64,000 nt of DNA from an uncultured Erysipelotrichaceae bacterium (GTDB lineage: Bacteria; Bacillota_I; Bacilli_A; Erysipelotrichales; Erysipelotrichaceae). Position 1 is the stretch's first letter. The number at the start of each line of letters is the position of its first letter. The position numbers were made by a program, and so were the translations under genes. Positions 48,429-57,247 of the stretch are shown here, one piece after another. The DNA lies in contig CAZAZP010000003.1 in NCBI GenBank assembly GCA_964489695.1, forward strand, positions 884-64,883. The letters are read 5' to 3'. The notes under the pieces were generated by a model. The model was not told the DNA's origin. It saw nothing but the letters and a program-made list of their open reading frames with translations, and made no database searches.

Positions 48429-48582
48429 TATGCCTCCTTGAAATAAAAAACTGCTATCCACAAAATCAGGTCCGCCCTTCCTTTAGCAACAGCAGTAAAC
48501 ACCACAAACGAAAAACACGAATCATCCCCAGAACAAGTTTTGGTGGATATTATTTTGAAATTATGTTTTTTCTCTACCTTGA

Positions 48583-48611
48583 ATTATAGCATAATCAACT
48601 AATCAATTCAA
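48583..48611 (-). promoter_or_regulatory. candidate promoter of the opuC-type operon
   Basis: Minus strand TTGAAT, 17 nt ending TGC, then TATAAT. Predicts a leader of about 150 nt. Confidence 0.5.
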
Positions 48612-48702
48612 ACTTTCAAGTTAAGCTAAAATTGACTTTTAATCAACTATATTATTTTTCATCTTAAAAAACAAATATTTTTATAAATTATTTTGTTAGT
48701 AA

Positions 48703-49422
48703 CTATATCTTTTTATCTTTACGATATTGAATTGGAGAACATCCCACAATCTCTTTAAAAACTTTAAAGAAATATTTATAGTCGCGAAAACGGACCATAT
48801 CAGCAATTTCATAGACTTTGTTTTCTGTTAACAATAGATATTCTTTGGCTTTTTCAATTCGTACTTCAATGATTTTTTGTCGGACAGTATCACCTGTATC
48901 ATACTTAAAAACTCGATTTAAATGGTCAGCTGAAATTCCAATATTTTGTGATATATCTTTCAATGAGATTTGATTCTTTAAATTTTGTTGAATATATTTA
49001 AGTACACGATTAGTGTAGTCAGAATAACTATTACCATAATCAACTTCTTTATTAGTTATCAAGGCTAATGCTTGCTTAATAGCAGTGTTAACTTGGGTTT
49101 TTAAAACTGGTTTTAATAAATAATCTACCACATTATAACGAATCGCAGCTTGAGCAAATTCAAAATCAGCATAACCGGAAATAATAATTGTTTGATAATG
49201 ATATTTCTCATAAGTTTGTTCTAAGATTTCTAAGCCATTAAAAATAGGTACATTAATGTCTAATAAGACTATTTGTGGCTGAACCTTTTGAATAATCTCT
49301 ATTGCTTTCTTACCATCATTTGCTTCATATATTTCATTGATTTTCAAATCTATTTGGTCAATTTTGCGCACTATATCTTGGCGAATTATCTGCTCATCTT
49401 CAATAATTAGAAGTTTTACCAT
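48703..49422 (-). CDS. response regulator with AraC-type HTH output (YesN-like)
   Basis: Receiver domain (LLIIEDE, LLDINVP) plus a C-terminal AraC HTH (ISLKDISQNIGISADHLNRVFK). Confidence 0.9.
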   Translation of the reverse strand: MVKLLIIEDEQIIRQDIVRKIDQIDLKINEIYEANDGKKAIEIIQKVQPQIVLLDINVPIFNGLEILEQTYEKYHYQTIIISGYADFEFAQAAIRYNVVDYLLKPVLKTQVNTAIKQALALITNKEVDYGNSYSDYTNRVLKYIQQNLKNQISLKDISQNIGISADHLNRVFKYDTGDTVRQKIIEVRIEKAKEYLLLTENKVYEIADMVRFRDYKYFFKVFKEIVGCSPIQYRKDKKI

Positions 49423-51083
49423 GAATATTCACCTCTTTCTGCTTTTAAACGAATTGTAACAACAGTACCAATATGCTCGATACTATCAATACCAACACCA
49501 TAATCTGTTCCATAAAGAAGCTGTAATCTTTGATTAGTATTTAGTAATCCTACATATTTTGTATAACTCTCATTATTTTCAATAATATCTCTTAATTCGT
49601 CGAGTCTAGCTGAGCTCATGCCAATTCCATTATCTTTAACCACCATAATAAGATCTTGATCAATTTGAAAGATATTTACTGCTACCAAAAATGTATGTTG
49701 GTTATCAAAGCCATGAACAATACTGTTTTCAATAATTGGTTGCAAAATAAGTTTGGGAACAAGAAAATTGCCATCTTCACAAACAATTTCATATTTCAAT
49801 AATTCGCCAAAGCGTAGCTGTTGCAAATTCAAATAATCTTCAATATACATTAAGTCATCTTCGAGTAACACCTTATTCTCTTCACCAAAACGAATTGAAT
49901 ATCGCAACATTTGAGCAAGTTTTACAATCATTAACGATGCCTTTTCTTGATCGATTTCAACCATTACATTTATTGATGCTAAAGTATTAAAAAGAAAATG
50001 TGGATTAAATTGTGATTGCAATTGTTTTATTTGAGCTAGATTTGTCTTTTCTGCTAATAAGGAGTTTTTTTCAATTAACTGTTTTACTTCTAATAAAAGA
50101 GAATTATAATGTTTGACATATTCAGTCATATGATCATTTTTGTCTTCCAACAAACGTAACTCATTAGTTTTTCTATAAGTCGAAAGGGAATCAAACATTT
50201 CATCGATGACCTCGAAAGTTCCTATCAAATACTTTTTCCTAATTAAATAAAAACCATAGCCAACGAAAAAAACAGCAATAATTAGGCCAAATATTAATAC
50301 TTTTGATAATTGGACAATAAAATCAATGTTTAAAAGAGTTGTTAAATATAATTGTTTCTGACTAATTGAAAAATCTAATTTGATAAAACTTTGATTTTCA
50401 TAATTTATCAAATTGAATAGTTTAGTTTCAATATTAGGGCGAATTGGTGGAGTTAATTTAGAATTATTACTAAACAATACACGATCAAAACCATTACTAA
50501 CAATAATTGTGGCATCCTTAGTTCCAACAATTCGACTTAAAGTTGTAAAATTCAAATCAAAAACTAAAAAGTAAGTATTTATTCCATCCAAAGGTACAGC
50601 TTGAGCGAAATAAATCGATCCTGAATCAGCATTAACGCTAGAGATTGAGAGCATTACTGAAGTATCTTCTGTTAACAAACGCTTATTTACCAAATTTAAT
50701 AAAGCTGATGCTGCAGCTGGATTATTGAAATTTGTAATACCTGAACCAGAAAGACCATCACCAAAATAAAATTCAGCTGGATAATCTAATCCATTGACAA
50801 ACTGATATAAATCTTGATAAACAGTTGCTCTAGATACTTCTCCAGATAAATAACCAGTAATATTATGATAGTAATTATCATTGCTTAGATAAGATTGAAA
50901 TTCTGATATATTAGTTTGAATTTCAGAAACGATCGCTTTAGATTGTTGATAACCATAAATACCCATGATGGTAGTTACTAATATCGGCAAAATAACGCTG
51001 ATTGAAATAACCACTGCTAACATGGGTAATAATATAGATTGGAGCATTAACTGTAAAACTGAGAGTGGCTTTGTTGAGACCAA
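49416..51083 (-). CDS. sensor histidine kinase (YesM/LytS-type His_kinase plus HATPase)
   Basis: Two TM segments flank an extracytoplasmic domain of about 220 aa. QFNPHFLFNTL H-box, DNGIGM and GVGI ATPase motifs. Confidence 0.9.
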   Translation of the reverse strand: MVSTKPLSVLQLMLQSILLPMLAVVISISVILPILVTTIMGIYGYQQSKAIVSEIQTNISEFQSYLSNDNYYHNITGYLSGEVSRATVYQDLYQFVNGLDYPAEFYFGDGLSGSGITNFNNPAAASALLNLVNKRLLTEDTSVMLSISSVNADSGSIYFAQAVPLDGINTYFLVFDLNFTTLSRIVGTKDATIIVSNGFDRVLFSNNSKLTPPIRPNIETKLFNLINYENQSFIKLDFSISQKQLYLTTLLNIDFIVQLSKVLIFGLIIAVFFVGYGFYLIRKKYLIGTFEVIDEMFDSLSTYRKTNELRLLEDKNDHMTEYVKHYNSLLLEVKQLIEKNSLLAEKTNLAQIKQLQSQFNPHFLFNTLASINVMVEIDQEKASLMIVKLAQMLRYSIRFGEENKVLLEDDLMYIEDYLNLQQLRFGELLKYEIVCEDGNFLVPKLILQPIIENSIVHGFDNQHTFLVAVNIFQIDQDLIMVVKDNGIGMSSARLDELRDIIENNESYTKYVGLLNTNQRLQLLYGTDYGVGIDSIEHIGTVVTIRLKAERGEYSW

Positions 51084-51109
51084 TTAGTTAACCCCCTTCT
51101 TATAAAAGA

Positions 51110-52762
51110 TTATAAATCAATTTCTCGTCGGCCAGTAATTTTAAAGAATAAAAGTAATGTGACAACAGTAGTGAAGATTAAAACACTAGATAAAGCCGAA
51201 GCTACACCATAATTACCATCCATAACCTGGAAGTAAATTTCAATTGACAAAGTTTTAGTTGAGACAACCCATAACATGACAGATGCGCTCAATTCACTAA
51301 TTATCGACAACCAACTCATAATTGCTCCTGATAAAACCCCAGGAATCATCATCGGTAAAGTTACTCTAAAAAAAGTTGTGATTGAATTAGCACCTAAACT
51401 GAGTGAAGCTTCCTCAACGTTTAAGTCAATTTGCCGCAAGATAGCAGAGGTACTTCGTATTGTATAAGGTAAACGACGGATAACATAAGCAACAATAATT
51501 ATTAAGGCTGTTCCATGAAGTAGCAGGGGTTTTTTATTGAATGCTAAGATTAATGAGATTCCAAGAATTGATCCAGGAATAATATAAGGTGCCATCGATA
51601 TTGTATCTAAAATACTAGTTAATTTACTCGATTTACGTACTGATGTATATGCAATAACAATACCGATAAAAATTACTAAAATCATTGCATAAAATGAAAA
51701 TAAATAAGTATTCTTAATAGTTCGGCCTAATGTTGTAAACGCTTTTGCATAATTCATCAATGAATAACCGGGTAGATAAATCATACCTTTACTATTTCTA
51801 AAAGAGTTATGAAATACTACTAGAGTTGGTAAAACAGCGATAAAAGTCATTGTATAAAGAATAGCATGAGATAAAATATTTTTAATACCGGAAACTTTTT
51901 TAGGTTCTATTGGACGCATCGAAGTCATTTCGATTGTTTTACGATTGCTAATGTATCTTTGTAATAAAAATATAGTAGTTGTAAATATAACTACGATAAC
52001 ACTAATTGTCGCGGCTAATCGTTTATCTGGGGTTAAGTCTCCAACAAATGAGTCGTAAATTAATCCAGGAATCGTACGATAACCTTCACCAATAAGTTTA
52101 GGAGTACCAAAATCTGCCAAGATCCGCATGAATACAAGTAACCCTGAAGCTAAGATTGTGGGTAGAATTAATGGGATAATAACTTCTTTAATACGTTTAT
52201 AAGCAGAGGCACCTAAACTTTCAGCCGCTTCCCCTAATGATGCATCCATATTTTTTAACGCACCAGATACATACAAATAAACCAGAGGTATGAGTTTAAT
52301 CGTAAAAACTAATAGAATACCATCAAAACCATAAATACCTTTCGAAGTAACATGAAAAAGTTGATTGATTACTTTTGTTATCATACCTTGGCGCCCAAAT
52401 AAAGAAATCCAAGCATAGGCTCCAATAAAAGGTGGTGAAACAATGGAAATAATCAAAAGCATATCAATAATTGGCTTGAACTTAATTTTAACAGTTCTCG
52501 CAATATAAGCTAGTAATGTTCCAAAGAAACTGGTTAATAAAGTAGCTAAAAGCGTAACCTTAAAACTATTTAAAATTGTGTTAGAATAATATTTCTTTTG
52601 AAAAAACATTATGAAATATTTAAAATCCAATTGCTTCGTTGCAGGATCAACAATACTGCTCAAAAGAATTTGTAAAATTGGATAAATGAAAAACACAACA
52701 AAAAAAGCAAAAGAAACTAAAGATAAAAGTGTCCAACCATTAAGTTTATGCGACTTTTTCAT
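51110..52762 (-). CDS. ABC transporter permease, fused double-domain (FbpB/ThiP-like)
   Basis: Twelve TM segments and two EAA loops (EAAESLGASAYKR and EEASLSLGANSITTF). The ATG at 52762 follows AAGGTG. Confidence 0.88.
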   Translation of the reverse strand: MKKSHKLNGWTLLSLVSFAFFVVFFIYPILQILLSSIVDPATKQLDFKYFIMFFQKKYYSNTILNSFKVTLLATLLTSFFGTLLAYIARTVKIKFKPIIDMLLIISIVSPPFIGAYAWISLFGRQGMITKVINQLFHVTSKGIYGFDGILLVFTIKLIPLVYLYVSGALKNMDASLGEAAESLGASAYKRIKEVIIPLILPTILASGLLVFMRILADFGTPKLIGEGYRTIPGLIYDSFVGDLTPDKRLAATISVIVVIFTTTIFLLQRYISNRKTIEMTSMRPIEPKKVSGIKNILSHAILYTMTFIAVLPTLVVFHNSFRNSKGMIYLPGYSLMNYAKAFTTLGRTIKNTYLFSFYAMILVIFIGIVIAYTSVRKSSKLTSILDTISMAPYIIPGSILGISLILAFNKKPLLLHGTALIIIVAYVIRRLPYTIRSTSAILRQIDLNVEEASLSLGANSITTFFRVTLPMMIPGVLSGAIMSWLSIISELSASVMLWVVSTKTLSIEIYFQVMDGNYGVASALSSVLIFTTVVTLLLFFKITGRREIDL

Positions 52763-53837
52763 TATGAACACCTTGCATTAATGATACTCCTGAATTTTTA
52801 TCAAAGGCATTAATAACACTTAAATCAAAATCTAGTAGGACTTCATCATCAATGTTATAATGACTTTCTTTGATGTTTTTAGAAATCTCAATTTCTTGAT
52901 TATTCACTAATTCAATGACATAGCGAACCTCTGAACCTAAAAACATTTTTTCCACAATTTTCCCTTTAATACCATCTTCAACAAAATTAAATTCAGTTGG
53001 ACGAACATTGAGTTTAATGTCTGTATTAATTGGAATATCTTTTTTGAGCCTTGGCAAGACAAGTTTATATCCGTTATCTAGTTCAATTGTTTGTTCAGCT
53101 ATTATCTTTCCATTAATTAAGTTGCCTTGGCCAATAAAAGTTGCAACAAATAAATTTGCTGGATTAGAATAAATTTCTATTGGGCTACCAATTTGTTGAA
53201 TAACGCCAAAGTTCATAACTGCAATTCTATCCGACATTGATAAAGCTTCTTCTTGGTCATGAGTAACATAAATAGTTGTAATTTTAAACTGATTTTGAAT
53301 TTGTTTAATAGCTAAGCGCATATCAATTCTGAGTTTTGCATCTAGATTACTTAATGGTTCATCCATCAACAAGACATCTGGTTGAATAACAATCGCTCGA
53401 GCTAGAGCAACCCGTTGTTGTTGCCCACCACTCATTTGAGTAGGAATACGCTGCTTCAATTCGGAAATTTGAACAACATCCAGAATATCATCAACACGTT
53501 TAGAATATTCAGGATCTTTAATTTTCCGTTGCTTAAGGCCATAGCCAATATTCTTTTCCACCGACATGTGTGGAAAAATGGCATAATTTTGAAAAACCAT
53601 TCCAATATTTCTTTGGTAAGATGGGATGTTGTTAATTAACTTATCATTAAAATAAAACTCTCCTCCTTCGATTGTATTAAAGCCTGCAATCATTCTTAAT
53701 AAAGTTGTTTTTCCACAACCACTGGGTCCTAACAAAGTGAAAAATTCACCTTCTTTTACTTCTAATGATAAATTAGAGATTACAGTATTATCTCCAAATC
53801 TCTTAACTGCGTTTTTAATTGAAATAGATACACTCAT
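52746..53837 (-). CDS. ABC transporter ATP-binding protein with C-terminal TOBE-like domain (PotA/FbpC-like)
   Basis: GPSGCGKTT, MSGGQQQRVALAR, LLMDEPLSNLD. Confidence 0.92.
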   Translation of the reverse strand: MSVSISIKNAVKRFGDNTVISNLSLEVKEGEFFTLLGPSGCGKTTLLRMIAGFNTIEGGEFYFNDKLINNIPSYQRNIGMVFQNYAIFPHMSVEKNIGYGLKQRKIKDPEYSKRVDDILDVVQISELKQRIPTQMSGGQQQRVALARAIVIQPDVLLMDEPLSNLDAKLRIDMRLAIKQIQNQFKITTIYVTHDQEEALSMSDRIAVMNFGVIQQIGSPIEIYSNPANLFVATFIGQGNLINGKIIAEQTIELDNGYKLVLPRLKKDIPINTDIKLNVRPTEFNFVEDGIKGKIVEKMFLGSEVRYVIELVNNQEIEISKNIKESHYNIDDEVLLDFDLSVINAFDKNSGVSLMQGVHNEKVA

Positions 53838-53881
53838 AATTATTCGGTAAGTTCTTACCTTTCCTCCTTTACCTAAGAAAT

Positions 53882-53908
53882 GTCAAAGAGAGCTTAGCTC
53901 TCTTTGAC
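53882..53908 (-). terminator. strong intercistronic hairpin (attenuator or mRNA stabiliser) between the binding-protein and ATPase genes
   Basis: GTCAAAGAGAGC-TAA-GCTCTCTTTGAC, a 12-bp perfect stem followed by ATTTCTT. Confidence 0.45.
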
Positions 53909-53919
53909 TTTGATAAAAA

Positions 53920-54918
53920 TTAATCAAAAAGTTCTGTGATTAGATCTTGAATTTTTTCAATGATGCCTGGCTTTGTTTCAGCTTGCCATTCAGTAGTACG
54001 TGGAATAACATTCATGTCAGCAATAGACCATTTATAGTCAGCAACTTCTGCTGTTCCTAAAAGCGGGTTAGCGCCTAGGCAGTCTTTACCATAGACAGAT
54101 TGTCCTTCTTGACTAGCGAACCAATCGATAAACACTTTCGCTGCTTCTGGATTTTTAGCGTTTTTAATTAAAGCAACACTAGCTGTTCCAGGAATAACAC
54201 CTTCTGCCATTAAAACTACTTTAATGTTAGGGACTTTTTCAACTAAATAAGCTTGTGCAGGGGTATCCCATGATAAACCAACAGCATATTCACCAGAAAG
54301 AACGCCTTCATAAGTAACAGCTGACGACTCAACAATTTTACCATCTAAGTTTTCATAGAATTTTGTAACGTAATCCCATGCATCTTTAGATTCAGCCTTT
54401 TGATAGTTATCATCTCCTACACCCATTGCTAATAACATATTTTCTAAATGATTATAAGCACTAGAAGATGCAGCAGCGTTACCCATCGCAATTTTCCCTT
54501 TAAGATCGGGGTTAAGTAATTCAGCATAGCCTTTAATTTCGTATGGAACTAAATTGGTATTATAGATAATAACAGGTGCATTATAACCAATCTCTGTTGC
54601 AAATCCAGTATCATTTCTAAACGCTTCGTCATAAAGACTATCGTGTATAGAAACATACTGTTCAAAATACGAAGTATCCATTAAAATTGTACTAGTTGGA
54701 ATCCAAGCAACATCAGCTTGTGGATTTGCAGCTTCTGCTTGAATTTTAGCATAGATTTCTCCAGAACCACCACGAATAACTTCAACTTTAATTCCAGTTG
54801 CTGCTTCAAAAGCTGGAATCATGACATCAATGTTATCTTGAGCTGACGGTGTATAAACAGTAATGGTTTCTGTTTTCTTTTCATCAGTTTTACCACAACC
54901 AGTTAAAACCAAGCCCAT
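53920..54918 (-). CDS. ABC transporter substrate-binding protein (Fe3+/polyamine/thiamine-type fold); the native lipoprotein start is apparently frameshifted (see findings)
   Basis: ORF track. It begins MGLVLTGCGK, in the middle of a lipobox signal peptide. The RBS-proximal ATG at 54953 is in another frame. Confidence 0.75.
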   Translation of the reverse strand: MGLVLTGCGKTDEKKTETITVYTPSAQDNIDVMIPAFEAATGIKVEVIRGGSGEIYAKIQAEAANPQADVAWIPTSTILMDTSYFEQYVSIHDSLYDEAFRNDTGFATEIGYNAPVIIYNTNLVPYEIKGYAELLNPDLKGKIAMGNAAASSSAYNHLENMLLAMGVGDDNYQKAESKDAWDYVTKFYENLDGKIVESSAVTYEGVLSGEYAVGLSWDTPAQAYLVEKVPNIKVVLMAEGVIPGTASVALIKNAKNPEAAKVFIDWFASQEGQSVYGKDCLGANPLLGTAEVADYKWSIADMNVIPRTTEWQAETKPGIIEKIQDLITELFD

Positions 54919-55119
54919 GATAACAAGAACTACAAATAAGCTTCTTTTTTCATGTAAAGCCCTCCTTAAATATTATTATAGAAATAATGTAAGCGTTTTA
55001 ATATACGAGAAAAAAGCGATAATATCATAAAAAAACGACATATCTTAAAGTAGTAAATTATAAATGTCTTATTTTTATTAAGTGTTGGATTGAAATATCT
55101 TTTTGAATGTTTTGATTAA

Positions 55120-55791
55120 TTAATAAAGATTTTTATTTTTGGAATTTCCATTAATTAATTGTAGTGCTCCACTCATTCCTAATCTAGATACTCCTAAATC
55201 AATATATTTTTTGACGTCTTCTATTGTTTTTATCCCGCCAGCAGCCTTTATCTTCACGTCAGGTCCGATATGTTTTTTAAATAGTTCAATTTGTTTTGGA
55301 TCTGCTCCAAACTTTCCAAATCCAGTAGATGTTTTAATATAATCTACTTTATTATCAGTAATAATCTCACATAGGCGAATAATCTCTGAATCATTTAGGT
55401 AGCAAGCTTCAATTATAACTTTTAGACAAAATTTAGATCCTAAATTTCGAATATTTTTAATTTCATCACTAATATAATCAAAATCTGAGCTTTTTAATCT
55501 CCCTATATTAATAACCATATCTAGTTCATCAGCACCATTTTGAAGTGCATTACGTGCCTCAAATAATTTTGCTTCAGTTGTCATATAACCAAGCGGAAAT
55601 CCAATCACGGTACAAACAGTTAACTCTGGAAATTTTTCTTTAATTTGCTTGACATAAGATGGAGGTATACAAATACTTGCCATCTCGTATTGTAAGGCTT
55701 CTTTAGCAAGTTTTTCAATTTCTTCTAAAGTTGCAGTTGCGGATAATAAAGTGTGATCAACTATACTTAAAAAAATTTTATAATCTTTCAT
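55120..55791 (-). CDS. deoC: deoxyribose-phosphate aldolase
   Basis: VDHTLL, CTVIGFPLG, ELDMVINIG, IKTSTGF (Schiff-base Lys), KAAGGI. Confidence 0.92.
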   Translation of the reverse strand: MKDYKIFLSIVDHTLLSATATLEEIEKLAKEALQYEMASICIPPSYVKQIKEKFPELTVCTVIGFPLGYMTTEAKLFEARNALQNGADELDMVINIGRLKSSDFDYISDEIKNIRNLGSKFCLKVIIEACYLNDSEIIRLCEIITDNKVDYIKTSTGFGKFGADPKQIELFKKHIGPDVKIKAAGGIKTIEDVKKYIDLGVSRLGMSGALQLINGNSKNKNLY

Positions 55792-55845
55792 AATATTTAA
55801 AATAATAATACGTTTAATGTACTAATAAATCCTTTCTATTAAATT

Positions 55846-56619
55846 TTAATCAGCAAATACAATCTTAACTTTATCCTTCATCGTTTCCAAAATAGATTCG
55901 GAATTATTTGGTGTATTAGTGACAAATAGATCTATATCCTCCCAATTTGCATATCGAAAATGACTTGTCATATTGAACTTTGATTTATCACCCATAACGA
56001 TTGTTTTCTTTGATCGACTAATTGCTTTCTTAGCAATACATAACTCATTATATGAAAAAGTTGCAGGTCCTTCTAATTTTTGAAAGCCGCTAGTACCCAA
56101 TATGGCATAATCCAAATATATGTCATTAAAAAAACTTAACGTCATATCACCAACAGTTGCAGCACTAATAGCCTCTATCTCCCCGCCTAATAGTAATAAT
56201 TCACAATTCAGAGGGGAAACACTATAAAATGACTCAGCTATCATAATTGAGTTGGTAAATATTCTAATTTTCTTCTGAAATAACTGTTCAGCTAAAATTA
56301 GTTCTGTACTTCCAGGGCCAATATAAATGCTAGAATTCTCAGGGATTAAATCATATACCATTTTTGTAATTAAACTTTTAAAAATACTATTAGTTTTAAG
56401 TTTTACTGATAAAGGTAAATCTTGATTTGGTTCAACTGCGATTGCACCACCATGACCTCTAATCAATAATCCTCTTGCTTCTAAATAGATTAAGTCTTTT
56501 CTTATTGTTTCAGTCGATACTTTAAATATTTTGGCAAGCTCAACTACTCTAACAGAGTTTTCACTTTGTAAAAGAGATAACAATTCTTGACGTCTATTAA
56601 TTAATAAAAGATTTTCCAT
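55846..56619 (-). CDS. DeoR family transcriptional regulator
   Basis: N-terminal DeoR HTH (RRQELLSLL...VSTETIRKDLIYLEARGLL) plus a sugar-phosphate-binding C-domain. Confidence 0.9.
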   Translation of the reverse strand: MENLLLINRRQELLSLLQSENSVRVVELAKIFKVSTETIRKDLIYLEARGLLIRGHGGAIAVEPNQDLPLSVKLKTNSIFKSLITKMVYDLIPENSSIYIGPGSTELILAEQLFQKKIRIFTNSIMIAESFYSVSPLNCELLLLGGEIEAISAATVGDMTLSFFNDIYLDYAILGTSGFQKLEGPATFSYNELCIAKKAISRSKKTIVMGDKSKFNMTSHFRYANWEDIDLFVTNTPNNSESILETMKDKVKIVFAD

Positions 56620-56718
56620 GATTATAATTCCTCGTCATTTTTCTTAGCCCTTTAGATAATAGCAAATTAAATAATTACATTTTAACATAGCATATTAATT
56701 ACTTAAAAAGCATATTTA

Positions 56719-57198
56719 TCACTTGATCTTCAAATCAGTAAATCTTCTCAAGTTACTCCCAGGTAATAATTGAAATTCGATTTCAATATTTTGAATTGCA
56801 ATAGAGCGAAATGCCTCAATTTCTTCATCATTTGCATATATACCCATTACAAGACTTTTTCGCAAATCTTTCTTACCCAAAGGGCCAACATTTATTTTAT
56901 TTGGGCTTATAATTTTTTCTTCTATTAACTCTTTTAAAATAATTGGTTCTTGAGCAATCAACATATACTTTCTTTTGCTTCTTTCAGCTTCAGGCAATTT
57001 TTTGAGGGCACTTTCTTTATCGAAGATGTGCACCGGAAGATTAAAAGCAGCACGGCTATAAATATTTTTTAACATGGGGTTATTTGCTATTTCATTAGAT
57101 ACCAGAATTATTCCGTCAATTTTAATAATTCGACTCCACGAAACAACGGTCTGTCCATGAATTGCTCTTTCATCTATTCTATAAAATACTATGGCCAT
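56719..57198 (-). CDS. PTS mannose/sorbose-family EIIB component
   Basis: The N-terminal RIDERAIHGQT phosphohistidine motif of man-family IIB. Confidence 0.88.
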   Translation of the reverse strand: MAIVFYRIDERAIHGQTVVSWSRIIKIDGIILVSNEIANNPMLKNIYSRAAFNLPVHIFDKESALKKLPEAERSKRKYMLIAQEPIILKELIEEKIISPNKINVGPLGKKDLRKSLVMGIYANDEEIEAFRSIAIQNIEIEFQLLPGSNLRRFTDLKIK

Positions 57199-57209
57199 TT
57201 TTCACCCTA

Positions 57210-57229
57210 ATGTAATTGAATCATTACAT
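57210..57229. promoter_or_regulatory. 20-bp palindrome immediately upstream of the IIB RBS (operator or RNA hairpin)
   Basis: ATGTAAT-N6-ATTACAT with perfect 7-bp arms. Confidence 0.3.
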
Positions 57230-57247
57230 CGTTCCTTTCTTTAAAAT

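Noticed and set aside
48429-48582. A c-di-AMP (ydaO-type) riboswitch in the opuC leader.
   Set aside because: The conserved ydaO segments (GGGGACCCA, GGGGUGAAUC, CCGAACCCG..CAGCUAA) and the pseudo-twofold architecture are not present.
57210-57229. Reading the palindrome as a catabolite-responsive element (cre).
   Set aside because: The cre consensus TGWAANCGNTNWCA is 14 bp with a central CG. This site has 7-bp arms separated by 6 nt and no central CG.
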